A stretch of 64,000 bases of DNA, from NCBI GenBank assembly GCA_949358305.1, contig OX442314.1:11904001-11968000 (forward strand). Reading direction: 5' to 3'. Origin of the DNA: Strigamia acuminata. Lineage: Eukaryota. Each line of letters starts with the position of its first letter. Position 1 is the first letter of the stretch. This document shows, piece by piece, positions 10,631 through 23,320 of the stretch. The translations under genes were made by a program, and so were the position numbers. The notes under the pieces are model-generated. The model was not told the origin of the DNA and did no database searches. It worked only from the letters and a program-made list of their open reading frames with translations.

Positions 10631-13125
10631 AGCTGTTGTATGCAACGGTGCATAATGCGCGCAGCGTTCAAACTTATTACTAACATTACCCGGCCTGAAA
10701 GCGGTGTGCGGTCATTACGCGCTTCTCTGTGTCTCTCGGCTGATTGGCATGTGCGACTCAGAAGAAATAAGCGTGAAGCGACCGAGTGTTAAAGAAACTG
10801 GATGATGATTTATTGGCAGGATAAGAGAAATTTCTGTCTAGTCGTCCGGCTGCGTTGGCGAGTATTAACAAAGAAAATCGAAGAAACGAAAGCAACTTTG
10901 TCCAAAATCAACGAAAATGACGATAAAATGAATATTTTATCGGTTTGATCGTGTTTTTTAAAATTATTTTTATGTTATGATTACCAGGCGACGACAAAAG
11001 ATTTTCAATTTTGGCTGATATTGTCGTAAGATTTTTCACTTTAAAATGTTTATTTAATTCAAATTCAATAAAAAATATTTTTTTTAGGAACGAAACGTGA
11101 ATAAATTAATATTTGAAGCGCCGAACATCAAGTCGATAACATCAGGTTTTCCCATCGTGCCAAAACTGACAAAAGCATAGGTGAATTTCATTTTTAAACC
11201 TCCAAAACATCACTTTTTCGTGCTCTAGTAGTATTTACGAATGCAAGTTTCTGGTTAATCTCATAACTAAGCTGGGTTGAAAACGTAAATTGTTATTCAC
11301 AACTACACTGGAGTCGGTACTTTTGTAACCATCTTGTTTACAGTTTAGAAATTATTTTAGTTGCAATGTTCGTCCAAAAGAAGCTTCTTTCTCACGCAAC
11401 TCGCAAATAAGAAACAAAAAGTAAACCTGATGAAAGAAATGTAAGGTTTTTCTTTATTTCCGGCAAAAATAACGAAGAAATTCAAATTGACGTTGGTTAT
11501 TCTACCGTTTTTTTTTTCTAAAAAAAACTTGACCATGACGGTAGAGTTTGAGATTTGGAGCCTGAGTCGGCCACAGGTGACATTTCGCCAAAAGAGAGGT
11601 GAATTTTAATTTTTTAATCTTTTATTATTTAATTTTATTTATTTTTCTTTGTTGGTTTGAAAAATTGATTCAAAATTGTCTGACACTGACTTGTGAGTTG
11701 CAGAGTCACTCTGGTGGGAATAATTATTAATAACAGAGGAGAATGATGCGATTTGTTGACGTTGATTCCAACCAATCGTGATGCTTTCCCTTCGCTTAGC
11801 AACGGCACGTGTTTATGTTCTTCATTCCATTTCATGCTTTGTCGTTTGCTTTTCGGTTCGATCGTTGTTTTTCTCGGTGTTACCATTCGTTTTCGAGACG
11901 ATAATGATGCAAAACCAAAGGATTAGGTTTGGCTTTATATGCGACTGTTTGATTTTAGTTAAGATAGAATTTCATGTGTTTTTCTCTTTTGTCGCCGGTT
12001 CGATTTTCGACCTTATTTCTCAGAATGTGTAGGAATTACATTAGGGTTAGCATTTAGTGTTAGTAGCTGTGTAATTCATTTATTCTGGTGTTGTAAGTCT
12101 GCATTCCGATGTAGCATTCACCTGTTTGATTTAAATTGATAAACATGATGCATTCAATGCGTGCTTGTCACTCCAGAATTGAGCTGATGCACTCTAGCAT
12201 TTGAGATTTGTATAAAGAATTTAATTTCTCATCATTTTGCCATTTCTAATTCAGCAGCTTTTCACTAAAGACACAAAATATAAATAGAAGAGAATTGTAA
12301 TCACACCTGCCTGTTTTCCGCTTGTTTTGATTGAATTATCTGGGATGATCCTTCCAAAATTTTGACTTTCTGCTGGGACTTGATCTCTTATAGTTGCTTT
12401 CTTTTGGGTCGTCCTGATGTGATGCCCACTCAGCTGCATCCTTACAGGAGTTTTGGTTCTGATGGTCTGTTTCTCCCTTCACTAGTTCTATATTTCATAT
12501 TTTCTTTCTCTTTTTTTCAATTTTGCAGTTTGCAATATTTTAAAAATATTTTCGAATACTTACCGGTAACCTAATTTTAACTTTCTTTTCAAATTTCTGC
12601 CCGTTTTTGTATTTCTCTGGTGGAATTTTCTATTCTGTGGTTGGAATTGTCAATCAGTTGGATCTGTTTTGCTGTTTTTTATTTGCTTTTGTTTTGTACT
12701 ACATAAAGGTCTTTTGTGCAGCTGATTACTTGGTTCTAGTTGCTTGAACTTGTTGCCTGTAAGGCAGTTATCCCCTTTCTCTGAATTGTGTAACACAACC
12801 TCCACTGGTTTTTCATTATCTTTGAAATGGCCTGCAATTCCTTCTAAGTTGTGTGGTTAAAACTTTTTCTATGTTTGTAATGTTGGTGCTAAGACTGCTT
12901 ACAGTTCCTTTGTTGTAAAGCTTTAGCCTAAGCAATCCTATGAAATCAAGATTTCCTTTCCTCAAGCCTTTCCTCCTTGTCATAATCCTGACATTTAATT
13001 CTAGGCATTTGAACCAATTTTTCTTGTCTTTTTAGCTTGTCAGAATCCGGAGAGTTGTGCCTATTAGATAGAATCTTGTTGTAATCAACTTTTCTCTGAT
13101 CACAGACGACTGGGAAGGAAATTCA

Positions 13126-13497
13126 AATGTTTTCCTAATTTGGTTTCTTCTATCTCTTTGCTCACTAACTCTGGCAATCTCATTGTATTGTTTAATATGG
13201 TGAATACATCATATTCTTAATTTCTTTCTTTCCCGCTCAGAGTTGTGAACCCACAACGTTGTGATAACCTTTACAGCTCCACTATGTACTTCTCCACTGT
13301 CTTTCTTTCTTGGCTCCAAAGTTTTGCCTAGCCATAAATGGGGTATCTACCAACTTGTAGTGTAAATCCACAATTCCCAATACGGTATCTACATCTACGT
13401 TTTCAACTATTGGCATTTTACTAAATAAATGTAAATGTAAAAATATGAACGGACATAAAAAAAAATTTGTCATATCAATACAACCAACTCGTCGTAA
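13126..13497 (+). repeat. Direct duplication, copy A (copy B at 15979-16340)
   Basis: About 370 bp of highly similar sequence seen at both places. Confidence 0.9.
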
Positions 13498-15498
13498 TAA
13501 TCCTTAAGTTACCCTTACTTTTCCGAAAGTAGGAAGTATACTTTGCTATTATTCTGGAGGCAACAAGGACACTTTCGGATGAACCTCCTGTGGTAGCCTG
13601 TTGAATCTGTAAAAAAAAATCGGATTACATTCTAAATTTTTAGAATAAATTAAATATACCCGAACCTATTAACGTATAATCAAACGCTTCTGAACAAACT
13701 AAATAATATGGCAATAATTCCAATTACATAAAGCAATATCTTCAACTTTTCGTTGATTTGAACCAGTTTGTCAAGATCTTCTGATCGTTCAACACTTCAA
13801 TCAGCTCATCAGAATTTTCTTGTGCAACCTGATCTTTAGTTTCAGAATTTTCCTAAAAAAATAGATCGATAAACGCTTTTGAAATCTTTTCCGAACGTCG
13901 GCAGCCAAAACCATTGTGCCGTCGCCGGAAACCGGGAACTAGGGCACTTCTGCGTGTTTGATTGATTTGAGTTTTATCATATTGATATCTTCCTCTCTAT
14001 TTTATAGCTGAAACTCCACTGCAAATGGACAGAAAAAAAAGAATCTTTCAACAATTTTCATTCCTTTAAAACTTCTTGGGCTAACCTTCCGATTGTCTTT
14101 CTGTTTGTATTTATATTTCTTGTTCAATATTAATAACTTGTTCTACTATTGCCTATCTGATACAAAACCCCAATGCTGGACTGGCCGGGTGGGATACCGG
14201 GAACTTCCCTGTGGCTCGGTATAAATTTGTTCTTGTGGCCCGACCTATCCAGATTTCCCGTTACTAAATTTATTTCCAGTCCAGCACTGTTCCACAGGCG
14301 GAATAACTGCCACCTCCACCACGGAATTGTACCTCGAGGATACTCATTTCTCATTTGCTTTCCAAAGACTTTCAGTGCTCTCTCTTGGTCTTGCTATAAA
14401 CGTGCCATCGGGTGAACACAAATAATACGGCAATGATTCCAATTAAATAAAGCAATCCCTTCAACATTTGGTTCATTTGCTTAGCGAGCTTGCCCCAAAA
14501 TAAAAATAATTAGCATGCAAAATAAAAAAGGTATCAAATGGGGAAATGGACTTTTATCTTTTTGCCAAGAGCATAGTTAACACCATGGGATTCTGCCGTT
14601 TGGGTATTTCCGTTTCATTTGTTTATCGAATTTCTTTATGGTGTTATCTTCCTTCCTTGGTGTACTGGTGATTGCGGGGATTCATCAATTTTCGGAACAC
14701 ATAGAGTATCGCAATTATTCCGATAAAGTACACTAATCTGTTTATCAATTTGTGGCAAAGCGGTTTCCATGGTTCGAGGAAAAATTTGGGTGTGAAATAA
14801 ATAAGCAATAAGCCGGAAATTGATAAAGAAAAGAAATTGAAATTTATTTAAACACTACACTTAAGAAATAAAACTAATGAAATTATTAATTCGCTTTTCA
14901 TAAAAGCTGGCTCACGCCAAAAAGTATCTTCTATCTGCATAAATAATTTTTGATATAACATGTCAAAAATCATGCTAAACTAAAATATTAAACACTCAGC
15001 TAAATTGACTTCCTCCAAACGCTCTAGTTGTTTGCATTGCATGCATTCATTTATTCTGTCTCTTTCTTCAAAAAGAAGAAAAAGATCTTATCAGTTTCTC
15101 TTGGCATCGGAACAAGTTTAGACATACTTTTCTTTAGGGTCATATAAGGTCTCTAGCATTCATGGCTTAATTAAATGAATATAATTTATTCTGATTAATA
15201 AAATAGGTTAGTTTTTACAATAGTCGCCTTTTTATGAATTTTAACATTAAATAACTAAAATAGAAAACGAAATGTCAGTGAAAATGAATAATAAAATGCT
15301 TCCCGCGACGTGGCTGGTTTGGCAGCGTCGGCCGTCGACGTGCTCGTCTTGGGCGTCGAATGGCACCGATTTTTGTACTTAAATCGTATGTGACGTTGAA
15401 AAGGATTTAAACGTCTTAAACGCCCTAGATGAGAGCGCAGGGCCTCTTTAGATGGCATCCACAAAAAAAATGTCAAAGTTTGAATAATATCTACCGCC

Positions 15499-15986
15499 AA
15501 AACATTGGGGGGTTTAATTGGTTTTTAAGTGTTTTTCCCGTTTTCTTAGGTTTTTAGTAATATTTTTTTTTTTTTTTTTTTGTGTTTTATGTAATTACTT
15601 AAATGAGTCAAATTAAAAATTTAAAACTAGTAAGTATTATAAGTTTTTTTTTCTGGACCTCGATAAAAATTTTCATGTTCATTTTATTGTCAAACTTTCT
15701 AAGTGCCGAATCTTCCTTCCTTGTATACACGTGATTTCCGGACATCATTAATTTTCGAAACACAGAGCAGGTGTCAACAAGTAATTTTAAGTGGGGTCCG
15801 GATACTATTGAAAATTTTTATCGAGGTCCAGAAAAAAAAACTTATAATACTTACTAGTTTTAAATTTTTAATTTGACTCATTTAAGTAATTACATAAAAC
15901 ACAAAAAAAAAAAAAAAAAAAATATTACTAAAAACCTAAGAAAACGGGAAAAACACTTAAAAACCAATTAAACCCCCCAATGTTTT
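15499..15986. repeat. Long inverted repeat: arms 15499-15675 and 15809-15986, 133-bp spacer
   Basis: The arms are essentially perfect reverse complements, including the poly-T/poly-A tracts. Confidence 0.92.
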
Positions 15987-16340
15987 CCCAATTTGGTTTC
16001 TTCTATCTCTTTGCTCACTAACTCTGGCAATCTCATTGTATTGCTTAATATGGTGAATACATCATATTCTTTCTTTCTTTCTCAGAGATGTGAACCCACA
16101 ACATTGTGATAACATTTGCAGCTCCACTATGTACTTCTCCACTGTCTTTCTTTCTTAGCTCCAAAGTTTTGCCTAGCCATAAATGGGGTATCTACCAACT
16201 TGTAGTGTAAATCCACAATTCCCAATACGGTATCTACATCTACGTTTTCAACTATTGGCATTTTACTAAACAAATGTAAATGTAAAAATATGAATGGACA
16301 TAAAAAAATTTGTCATATCAATACAACCAACTCGTCGTAA
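15979..16340 (+). repeat. Direct duplication, copy B of 13126-13497
   Basis: Sequence match by eye. Confidence 0.9.
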
Positions 16341-16567
16341 ATATGGTGTTTATAATTTAAAATTGAATTTTTTATATTTCTTTTTACCTAAACTCGCCTC
16401 CATCCTCGAAATGGTTTTAGTTTTCTTAAATATCGCATGTGTGCTCGCAAAGCCTCTTTTGAGACCCAGATACAATTGCGAAAGTTAAATTAGTTCTTAA
16501 TTTTAACTTCTTCATATTGTTTGTGATAATTTCAGCCAATGGCAGTGTTTTATGAAATTTGTGAAAT

Positions 16568-16735
16568 ATGAAGAACCTATGAAACATTTATGAAGAACCT
16601 ATGAAACATCTATGAAAAACCTATGATACATCTATGAAGAACCTATGAAACATCTATGAAAAACCTATGAAACATCTATGAAGAACCTATGAAACATCTA
16701 TGAAAAACCTATGAAACACTATGAAACAATATGAA
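16568..16735. repeat. Minisatellite, 22-bp unit ATGAAGAACCTATGAAACATCT (11-bp subrepeat)
   Basis: About 7-8 tandem units visible. Confidence 0.85.
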
Positions 16736-17394
16736 AAAAAAGAATCCGTGGTCAGGAGGTGGTTAGGGAGACGAGCTGCCGACATTGCCTTCCGTTGGCG
16801 AGCCCATACAGTGCGCCTTCTCATGGATCAGAAGCAGATCATCGGCATGGTGGTGTGGAGGGCAGGTGAAACTGCGGACCAGGGCAACAGGGTTCGCCTC
16901 ATCGATGTGCCAGAACTCCCACCGGGCCTCCCGCGTCAGGCATGGAGGAGAGAAGTTTTGTGGCGGAGTTGACTGCGTTCGCTGAACGCTTTGACGACGA
17001 CCCAACCTTCAAGCCGGACGACCCCGTCATTGTAGGTTTTCCCTACGACCACGACGTGTCTGTTGGCCACATCCAAACGGCGAGTGCAATCTCGGCGTCC
17101 GAGATCACCAGGTTCGGCAATGGCAGGATTGATGGCGTTGGTGAAAATTCTCTAAGTTGTGTTGAAAATTCTCGTACTATTGTTTGTTTGCGATTGCAAT
17201 AATTAATATTTTTTTCAAGTGTTTTGTGAAAATTTATTGTTTATCGGAAAATTTGATTTTTGGATTATTGTTGCAGAAAATATGTGAACATAGCGAATTT
17301 TATAAAAAATTATTGTTAATAAAAAAAATTCACATTAAAATCACCTGAATTTCGCTGACTAGAAATAACTGATCAATCGAATGAAAAATCTACT

Positions 17395-17770
17395 AAAAAC
17401 CAGAAATTATACTGTACCTTTAAAAAAAAAACAGAAATTGTACTGTACATTTAAAAAAATATATAAATGATAGTGTACATTTAAAAAAAAAACAGAAATT
17501 ATACTGTGCATTTAAAAAAAATAGAAAGACTATTTAAAAAAAATAGAAACTGACTTTGGGTTGGACCAATTGGACCTAAACACTTCACCATCATTCGGTA
17601 AAATAAAGATTAATTTTATTTGGATGCTTTGCTCGTGGGCGATTAATTCGGATACGTTTTATGAATTTGCAGTGGAGTTTCAGCTAGTTTGGCTCGTGGG
17701 CGATGAATTCGGATACATTTTATGAATTTGCAGTGGAGTTTCAGCTAGTTTTGCACGGTGGGCGATAAAT
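17395..17770. repeat. Two short tandem arrays (about 33-bp unit at 17395-17550; about 60-bp unit at 17630-17770)
   Basis: Repeated AAACAGAAATTATACTGTACATTTAAAAAA and GCTCGTGGGCGATTAATTCGGATAC...CAGCTAGTTTG. Confidence 0.7.
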
Positions 17771-18229
17771 TCGGTCCAATCGCTGGACACGAGTTGAGCA
17801 GCAAAGCCAACCGAGTAAGCAACCCGACAAAGTATGGGACGAACGAATGAAAGAATCTGAAATCTCCAGTGGTGTAATACAAAAGTAATTTTCTTGAATT
17901 GTGTGTGCATTTTGATTGGAAGTAGAAATTATACATATAACAAATGCGATAAATATGAGTTAATGTTGCATTGCTTTCATATATCGTAACCATCACAAGG
18001 ACTGTAAAAGCTGTAAAAGTTTTGATCTAATTTTAATTCGTTCCAATCTAATTCATTTTATTTGTGTCCGCGAGAGATTTTATAGAATTAAAATAAGGTC
18101 TTACAAGTTAAATCACGACGCAACGTACAAACAGAATTCTAGTACCACAATACGATACAGCCAAATTTAATTAAATATTCAGATTTTATTCCAATTAAAA
18201 TTCAACATGCCATGAACGTATGAACAGTA

Positions 18230-18497
18230 GTAATAACATGAACTATCAAGGCAATACGATACGTGGAATCTAAAGTATACGTTTGCGTTATTGAATAACT
18301 AAATAATTTTGTCTAATTTTGTTTATAGATTATTGTAGATTTATAGTTACTGCACCAGCAATTACTAAAACAACCCATTTCAATGGTGCAGCGAGCGAAG
18401 CCGGTTGCGCAATGCAGTTCAAAAAGAAGAGAGAAAGCACTCGAAGAATAATACACAAGAAAAAGAAGATAAAAGATGATTTAAACTAGAACAGAAA
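18230..18497 (+). pseudogene. Decayed partial duplicate of the FAM50 5' region (upstream sequence, 5'UTR intron, start of coding exon 1)
   Basis: Aligns with about 20546-20887 (GCAGCGAGCGAAGCCGGT...AAAGCACTCGAAGAAT); ATG changed to ACA, with an indel and a stop. Confidence 0.85.
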
Positions 18498-18812
18498 ATA
18501 ATTAGCAGAAATAAGTTGATTTTAAGTTGGACACCTCGCCATCTTTCGGCAAAATAGATATTCTTTTCTTCGGAAACTGCTCACCAGAGTGGCAGCAAAT
18601 ATGCGGAGATCCGAGCTGTAGTACGTCGTATCGTACTCCGTTCTTCGTATTTGTAAATTACAGTTACTTCTGCTTCACATGGACAGCCGTATTTTATAGC
18701 AGAATTCTGTTTGAGGCTAGGAAATTCCTTCAAGTTACAATTGGTACACGATATTTGATTCAGTAAGTTTCGTTCCAATATTACTGGAATCATTTGATTT
18801 CTTCAAACAGGG

Positions 18813-20000
18813 ATGGACAAATTCCAAATAATATATGCTCGTCTTCAAGAAAATCTGAAAAACGCGAAATCGTGCCCCAGCTTGGAGAAAATATCACTAT
18901 TAGCCATCGCAATTTCATTTTGGCGAAAAGATGCGGTTAAATTGAAAATAGTAAATTATTTTGGAAAAAATAAAAGTCTGAAATCTAAGGAATGGCATCT
19001 AATTGAAGACGAAGCGATGAAAGGAGAAAATCTGTATTTACCACCAACCCTGAATGACGAACTAAAATATTTCGTTGCAATTATCGGTATTCAGATACAC
19101 GAATGGCTAAAATATCTCGAAAGATTCACTTTTACTGACAATGTCACTTCTAACGCTTTTGTTACTGACATTGCTTGGACGGTTCATGGAGCAATTGACA
19201 AAAAAGAAACGTTTGTTTTACTCTACAGCGACGAAAATAATGAAGCCTTAAGGACCAATGGGAGTCTGTACAATCTGGCGAGCCATTTTTGTTTAGTAAA
19301 CTATGTGAAAATTTTATGGAGGAAGCTACCATTGTTCTTAAAACAAATCAAGTACGATGACGAATTACATTTGGACGATGAAACCTGGCTGAAGTTTGAA
19401 CTTGCAACAAAAATTCGAAAACTATTCAACGGCCAACGCTGTAATTTAGACGACATTGTCATCTTGGCTGTGATATGGGAGTTAGATATAGTTTTACAGT
19501 ACATATGGGATACTAAGAATGATGCGAATGATAGGAATCGATTGATACGTCTGTGTTGGGAGTTTGTGGAGCCAGAGCCGTCGGACAGCATGTACTTTCT
19601 CCTCAATCGTTTATCGGAAAATCAACTGGAATTGATATTCAGGCATTGCGACTGGACTAGAAATTTCGGCAGCATGCTAGAGAGTCTGCTCAACTCAAAC
19701 AGATATTGGAATGACTATTTGATTTCCACTTTAATCGATATGGTTGATTTTTATGATGTTCGTTGCGCGACGTATTTTGTTATTCTGTTATACGATATTT
19801 GTTGGAGTGGCCTTGCTGGTTTTTTAAAGAACAGACTTTTTGAAAAATTGTGGAACTGTTTTTCTAGCAAACTAAAACAGACCATATTCGATCAAAAGTG
19901 TAACTTGATGAATCTGTTCAACTGCGAGCACCTTTATTTTCCTAAGGTGTTGATGAATAGTGCTAGCGTGGATGAAGTCGGAAAGATTAACCGTAAATGA
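18813..20000 (+). CDS. Uncharacterised intronless 395-aa helical protein with a possible N-terminal SOCS/BC-box-like motif
   Basis: 1188-bp ORF in AT-rich DNA; acceptor aaacag at 18810 and donor gtaagt at 18763; motifs PSLEKISLLAIA, LPPTLNDEL, WTVHGAIDKKET and LYNLASHFCL. Confidence 0.75.
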   Translation: MDKFQIIYARLQENLKNAKSCPSLEKISLLAIAISFWRKDAVKLKIVNYFGKNKSLKSKEWHLIEDEAMKGENLYLPPTLNDELKYFVAIIGIQIHEWLKYLERFTFTDNVTSNAFVTDIAWTVHGAIDKKETFVLLYSDENNEALRTNGSLYNLASHFCLVNYVKILWRKLPLFLKQIKYDDELHLDDETWLKFELATKIRKLFNGQRCNLDDIVILAVIWELDIVLQYIWDTKNDANDRNRLIRLCWEFVEPEPSDSMYFLLNRLSENQLELIFRHCDWTRNFGSMLESLLNSNRYWNDYLISTLIDMVDFYDVRCATYFVILLYDICWSGLAGFLKNRLFEKLWNCFSSKLKQTIFDQKCNLMNLFNCEHLYFPKVLMNSASVDEVGKINRK

Positions 20001-20744
20001 TGCAGGACCCGTGTTGGATCAGTAACTGTGTGGAATTATCCAAACTGGTCGCGTCTAGCGAAAGGTTTTTGGCTTTGGGATTGATGACATCAGAATAATA
20101 AGTGATGATGAATAAGAATATGATTATTGTGTTACGACCAGCGGGAAAATAAACTTTTTGTTTATTCCAATCATTAACCAGCAGAAAAAAATTATTAAAT
20201 GTGTGAACGTAGAATACTATTTTTTTGTTTGCAATGATGATAATTTATTTTTATCCCCCAGGTAAATTTTGAAGAAATTTATTGATGATAATAAAAACAA
20301 TTGATTTTTACGTAATGGTTGCCAGAAATCTGAAAATTATTATCATAATTTTTAATTACAAGACGCTTTTCATAATTGGAAACTTCATTTTTAAAACTGG
20401 CATAATCTTCCCGTTTGAGAGACGAAAAACCAGTGTCGTAAACAAATTGATGCAAAAGCAAAAATTACTTAAATAAGCCTCGCAATTTGAAAAACCCGCA
20501 CAATTTTTCACATCACATGATCAAAACAGTGGCGCGAACAATGGTAAAAACACGAACTATCATAGCAATAGGATACGGCGCTGTGAACCAATCTGGTAAA
20601 CCCGGGGAAACTGCGGTATGTTTGCGTTATTGCAGTAGCAAGCTAACTAATTTTGTATAATTTTGTTTTTCGATTCTTACAGATTGATATCCTAACTTGT
20701 TGCGAGGAGAAACCTTTACAGTTACTACATCAGATATAATCAAA

Positions 20745-21977
20745 ATGGCACATTACAAAGGCGCAGCGAGCGAAGCCGGTCGCGCAATGCAGCTGAAAAA
20801 GAAGAGAGAGAAAGCACTCGAAGAATTAGAACACAAGAAAAAGAAGATCGAAGAAGATTTAAAATTGAACAATATAGAAAATAAATTTGCAACCCATTAC
20901 GATGCCATAGAACAACAGTTAAAATCCAGTACTATCGGTTTGGTCACACTGGATGAGATGAAGGTTTGTATTGTATTTGTCAGTTTCGATTAAATTACTA
21001 ACAAGACTCATTTGTTTTAATAACAGGCCAAGCAAGAGGATGTGGTCAAAGAACGAGAGCGGCAATTAGCGAAAAAGCAACGTGAAAAAGATTTGCAAAA
21101 ACAAAAAGAAATTGAGGCGAAAAAAGCGGAAAAGAAGAAACAAATCGAACAGGTATAAATAAAGAAATTAATCAAATAAAGAAATAATTGAAAAAACACA
21201 ATTTTATAAACAGATACGGGCATTATCCTTTAATCCTGATGACGATGAAAACGAAAAAACAGAAAGTGACGAATCCGATGCCTCAAAAGAAGAATCGGAC
21301 GACGACGACTCGCTCGAACCTTCTCATAAAAAGAAAAAACTAGGAAAAAATCCCGACGTTGATACGAGTTTCTTACCGGACAGAGAACGAGAAGAGGAGG
21401 AAAACAAAATGCGAGAAGAATTACGTCAAGTAAAATTTAAAAAATTGAATATCCTGATTATAATCATCACAATTAAACCACATTTAATTGACAGGAATGG
21501 GTGGGCAAACAAGACAAATTGAAAAACGAAGAAATCGGCATAACATTCAGTTACTGGGACGGATCCGGTCATCGGCGGACAGTTCGCATGAAGAAAGGGA
21601 ACAGCATCCACCAGTTTTTGCAGAAATGTTTGGAAATGCTTCGTAAGGAATTCAACGAACTCCGCGCAGTGACAGCCGACCAATTGATGTACGTTAAGGA
21701 GGATTTAATCATCCCTCACCATTACACGTTCTACGACTTTATCGTGACCAAAGCTCGTGGCAAAAGTGGACCTTTATTCAATTTCGACGTCCACGACGAC
21801 GTGAGACTAGTGAGCGACGCCACGGTCGAAAAAGACGAATCGCACGCGGGAAAAGTGTTGATGCGGAGCTGGTACGAACGAAACAAGCATATTTTCCCGG
21901 CGAGTCGATGGGAGCCGTACGATCCGGAGAAGAATTACGAGAAATACACGATTTCGGATAAGAATAGAAAACTATAA
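20745..21977 (+). CDS. FAM50: FAM50/XAP5 protein, 4 exons (20745-20963, 21027-21152, 21214-21429, 21495-21977)
   Basis: [17 protein letters not shown] start, [49 protein letters not shown] introns keep frame. Confidence 0.96.
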
Positions 21978-23320
21978 ATGAAATAAATGCAACTTCTCGT
22001 TTTCTCTTGAATATGATTTAATTTTAATACATGAATATATTCGTTGTACAAACGAAACATGTTTTTATACAGTCAAACTTGGTGTAAACATTGAAAATAT
22101 TCTCAATCAATATTTTAACAAACTTCTCCAGGATCACAACTGGTTTATATAATAAATTTGTTTTATTTCATTTCATTTATTTATTTATTTATTTATTTTT
22201 TTGGTCATCGACTTTAGAAAATAATTAATTTCAATTTCTTTTATACAAGATTTACAATAAAAACATTTTCTTTCTTCCGTTAGTTTGTTTTTTTTCCTTT
22301 TAAATTCTCTGGAGAAATTCTTACAGCTTTGTTTACACCAAGCTGTAAAATTAATTAAATTAATCATTCGATAACTCATGGCACAAAAAGTCTTACAAAA
22401 GTACTGCTTAAAAGTTCTAAAAGAACCAACTCGGCTATTGTTGACTTTAAATCAGCTCGAAATACTGTCTAACATCATTATAACTACAACAATAATAAAT
22501 AAGCATTTCCCCAACAAATATACATTTCTTTTCAACCGATGAATACTGATAATCGAGAAGTAACTACACGACAAATACCAGTATTGTAAGGGTTTACTAT
22601 ATATACTCAACAGCTTACGGTGCGAACAATAATGGCCACCTACGCTATAGCAACGGACAGTATTATTATTATTTTTTTAATAAATTTCTTTTAAGGACTA
22701 TCAGTATTCGAATTAAACTATTATCACAAAATCGGTTATAATTGAATAAGTAACACTTTATAGTTAACATGGCGGACTCGGACTGTGACCTAGACATTAT
22801 ATTTGTTTAAAAACCTGGGAACAATGTTAGTTTTCGCAAAAATTGAAAATGTTTATACAAAACAGTGACCATGATTCGCGTTTCGATTAAAAACTGACTA
22901 AATTGTAAACATTAAACAATGAGCGACTATTGTTTTAGGTTGTCTTTGAAGTTCTGCTGTTTACAGCGCTTCTTTGGTTATGCTCAACTCGATTTAAATT
23001 AATGTCTTTAACATTATTTTCTATGGGGACGAGGGGGATGGAAATCAAAGAAAAAACTAAACAAAAGTGAGTGGTTTTTTTTTCTACTTTTCTTTTTTTT
23101 GTTGTTGCGTAAAAACGGTTTTCAACTGCAATACTGTAACTCCGCTTGATAGAAAAACAAAGGGGCAAAACTGTTAAAAATTCCACACAAGCTTAAGCTC
23201 GGCGTGTTATTCGAAGCAAACTTGCGCGCACACGGTGTTTAACGCCAGCGTATTTTCTCGGCGGATTCGAGACATCACGACAGCAATGGACTAGTAAAAT
23301 CTTGCAACACGTTCAACAGT

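Noticed and set aside
11600..15300. Possible decayed retroelement coding sequence on the minus strand
   Set aside because: Composition is suggestive but no diagnostic motif could be read in any frame
16568..16735. Regular repeats as a CRISPR-like array
   Set aside because: No unique spacers; eukaryotic minisatellite. The same applies to 23765-24135 and 51686-52375
19180..19200. WTVHG in the 395-aa orphan matching RNase T2 CAS I
   Set aside because: No CAS II, no signal peptide and no T2 cysteine pattern; coincidental
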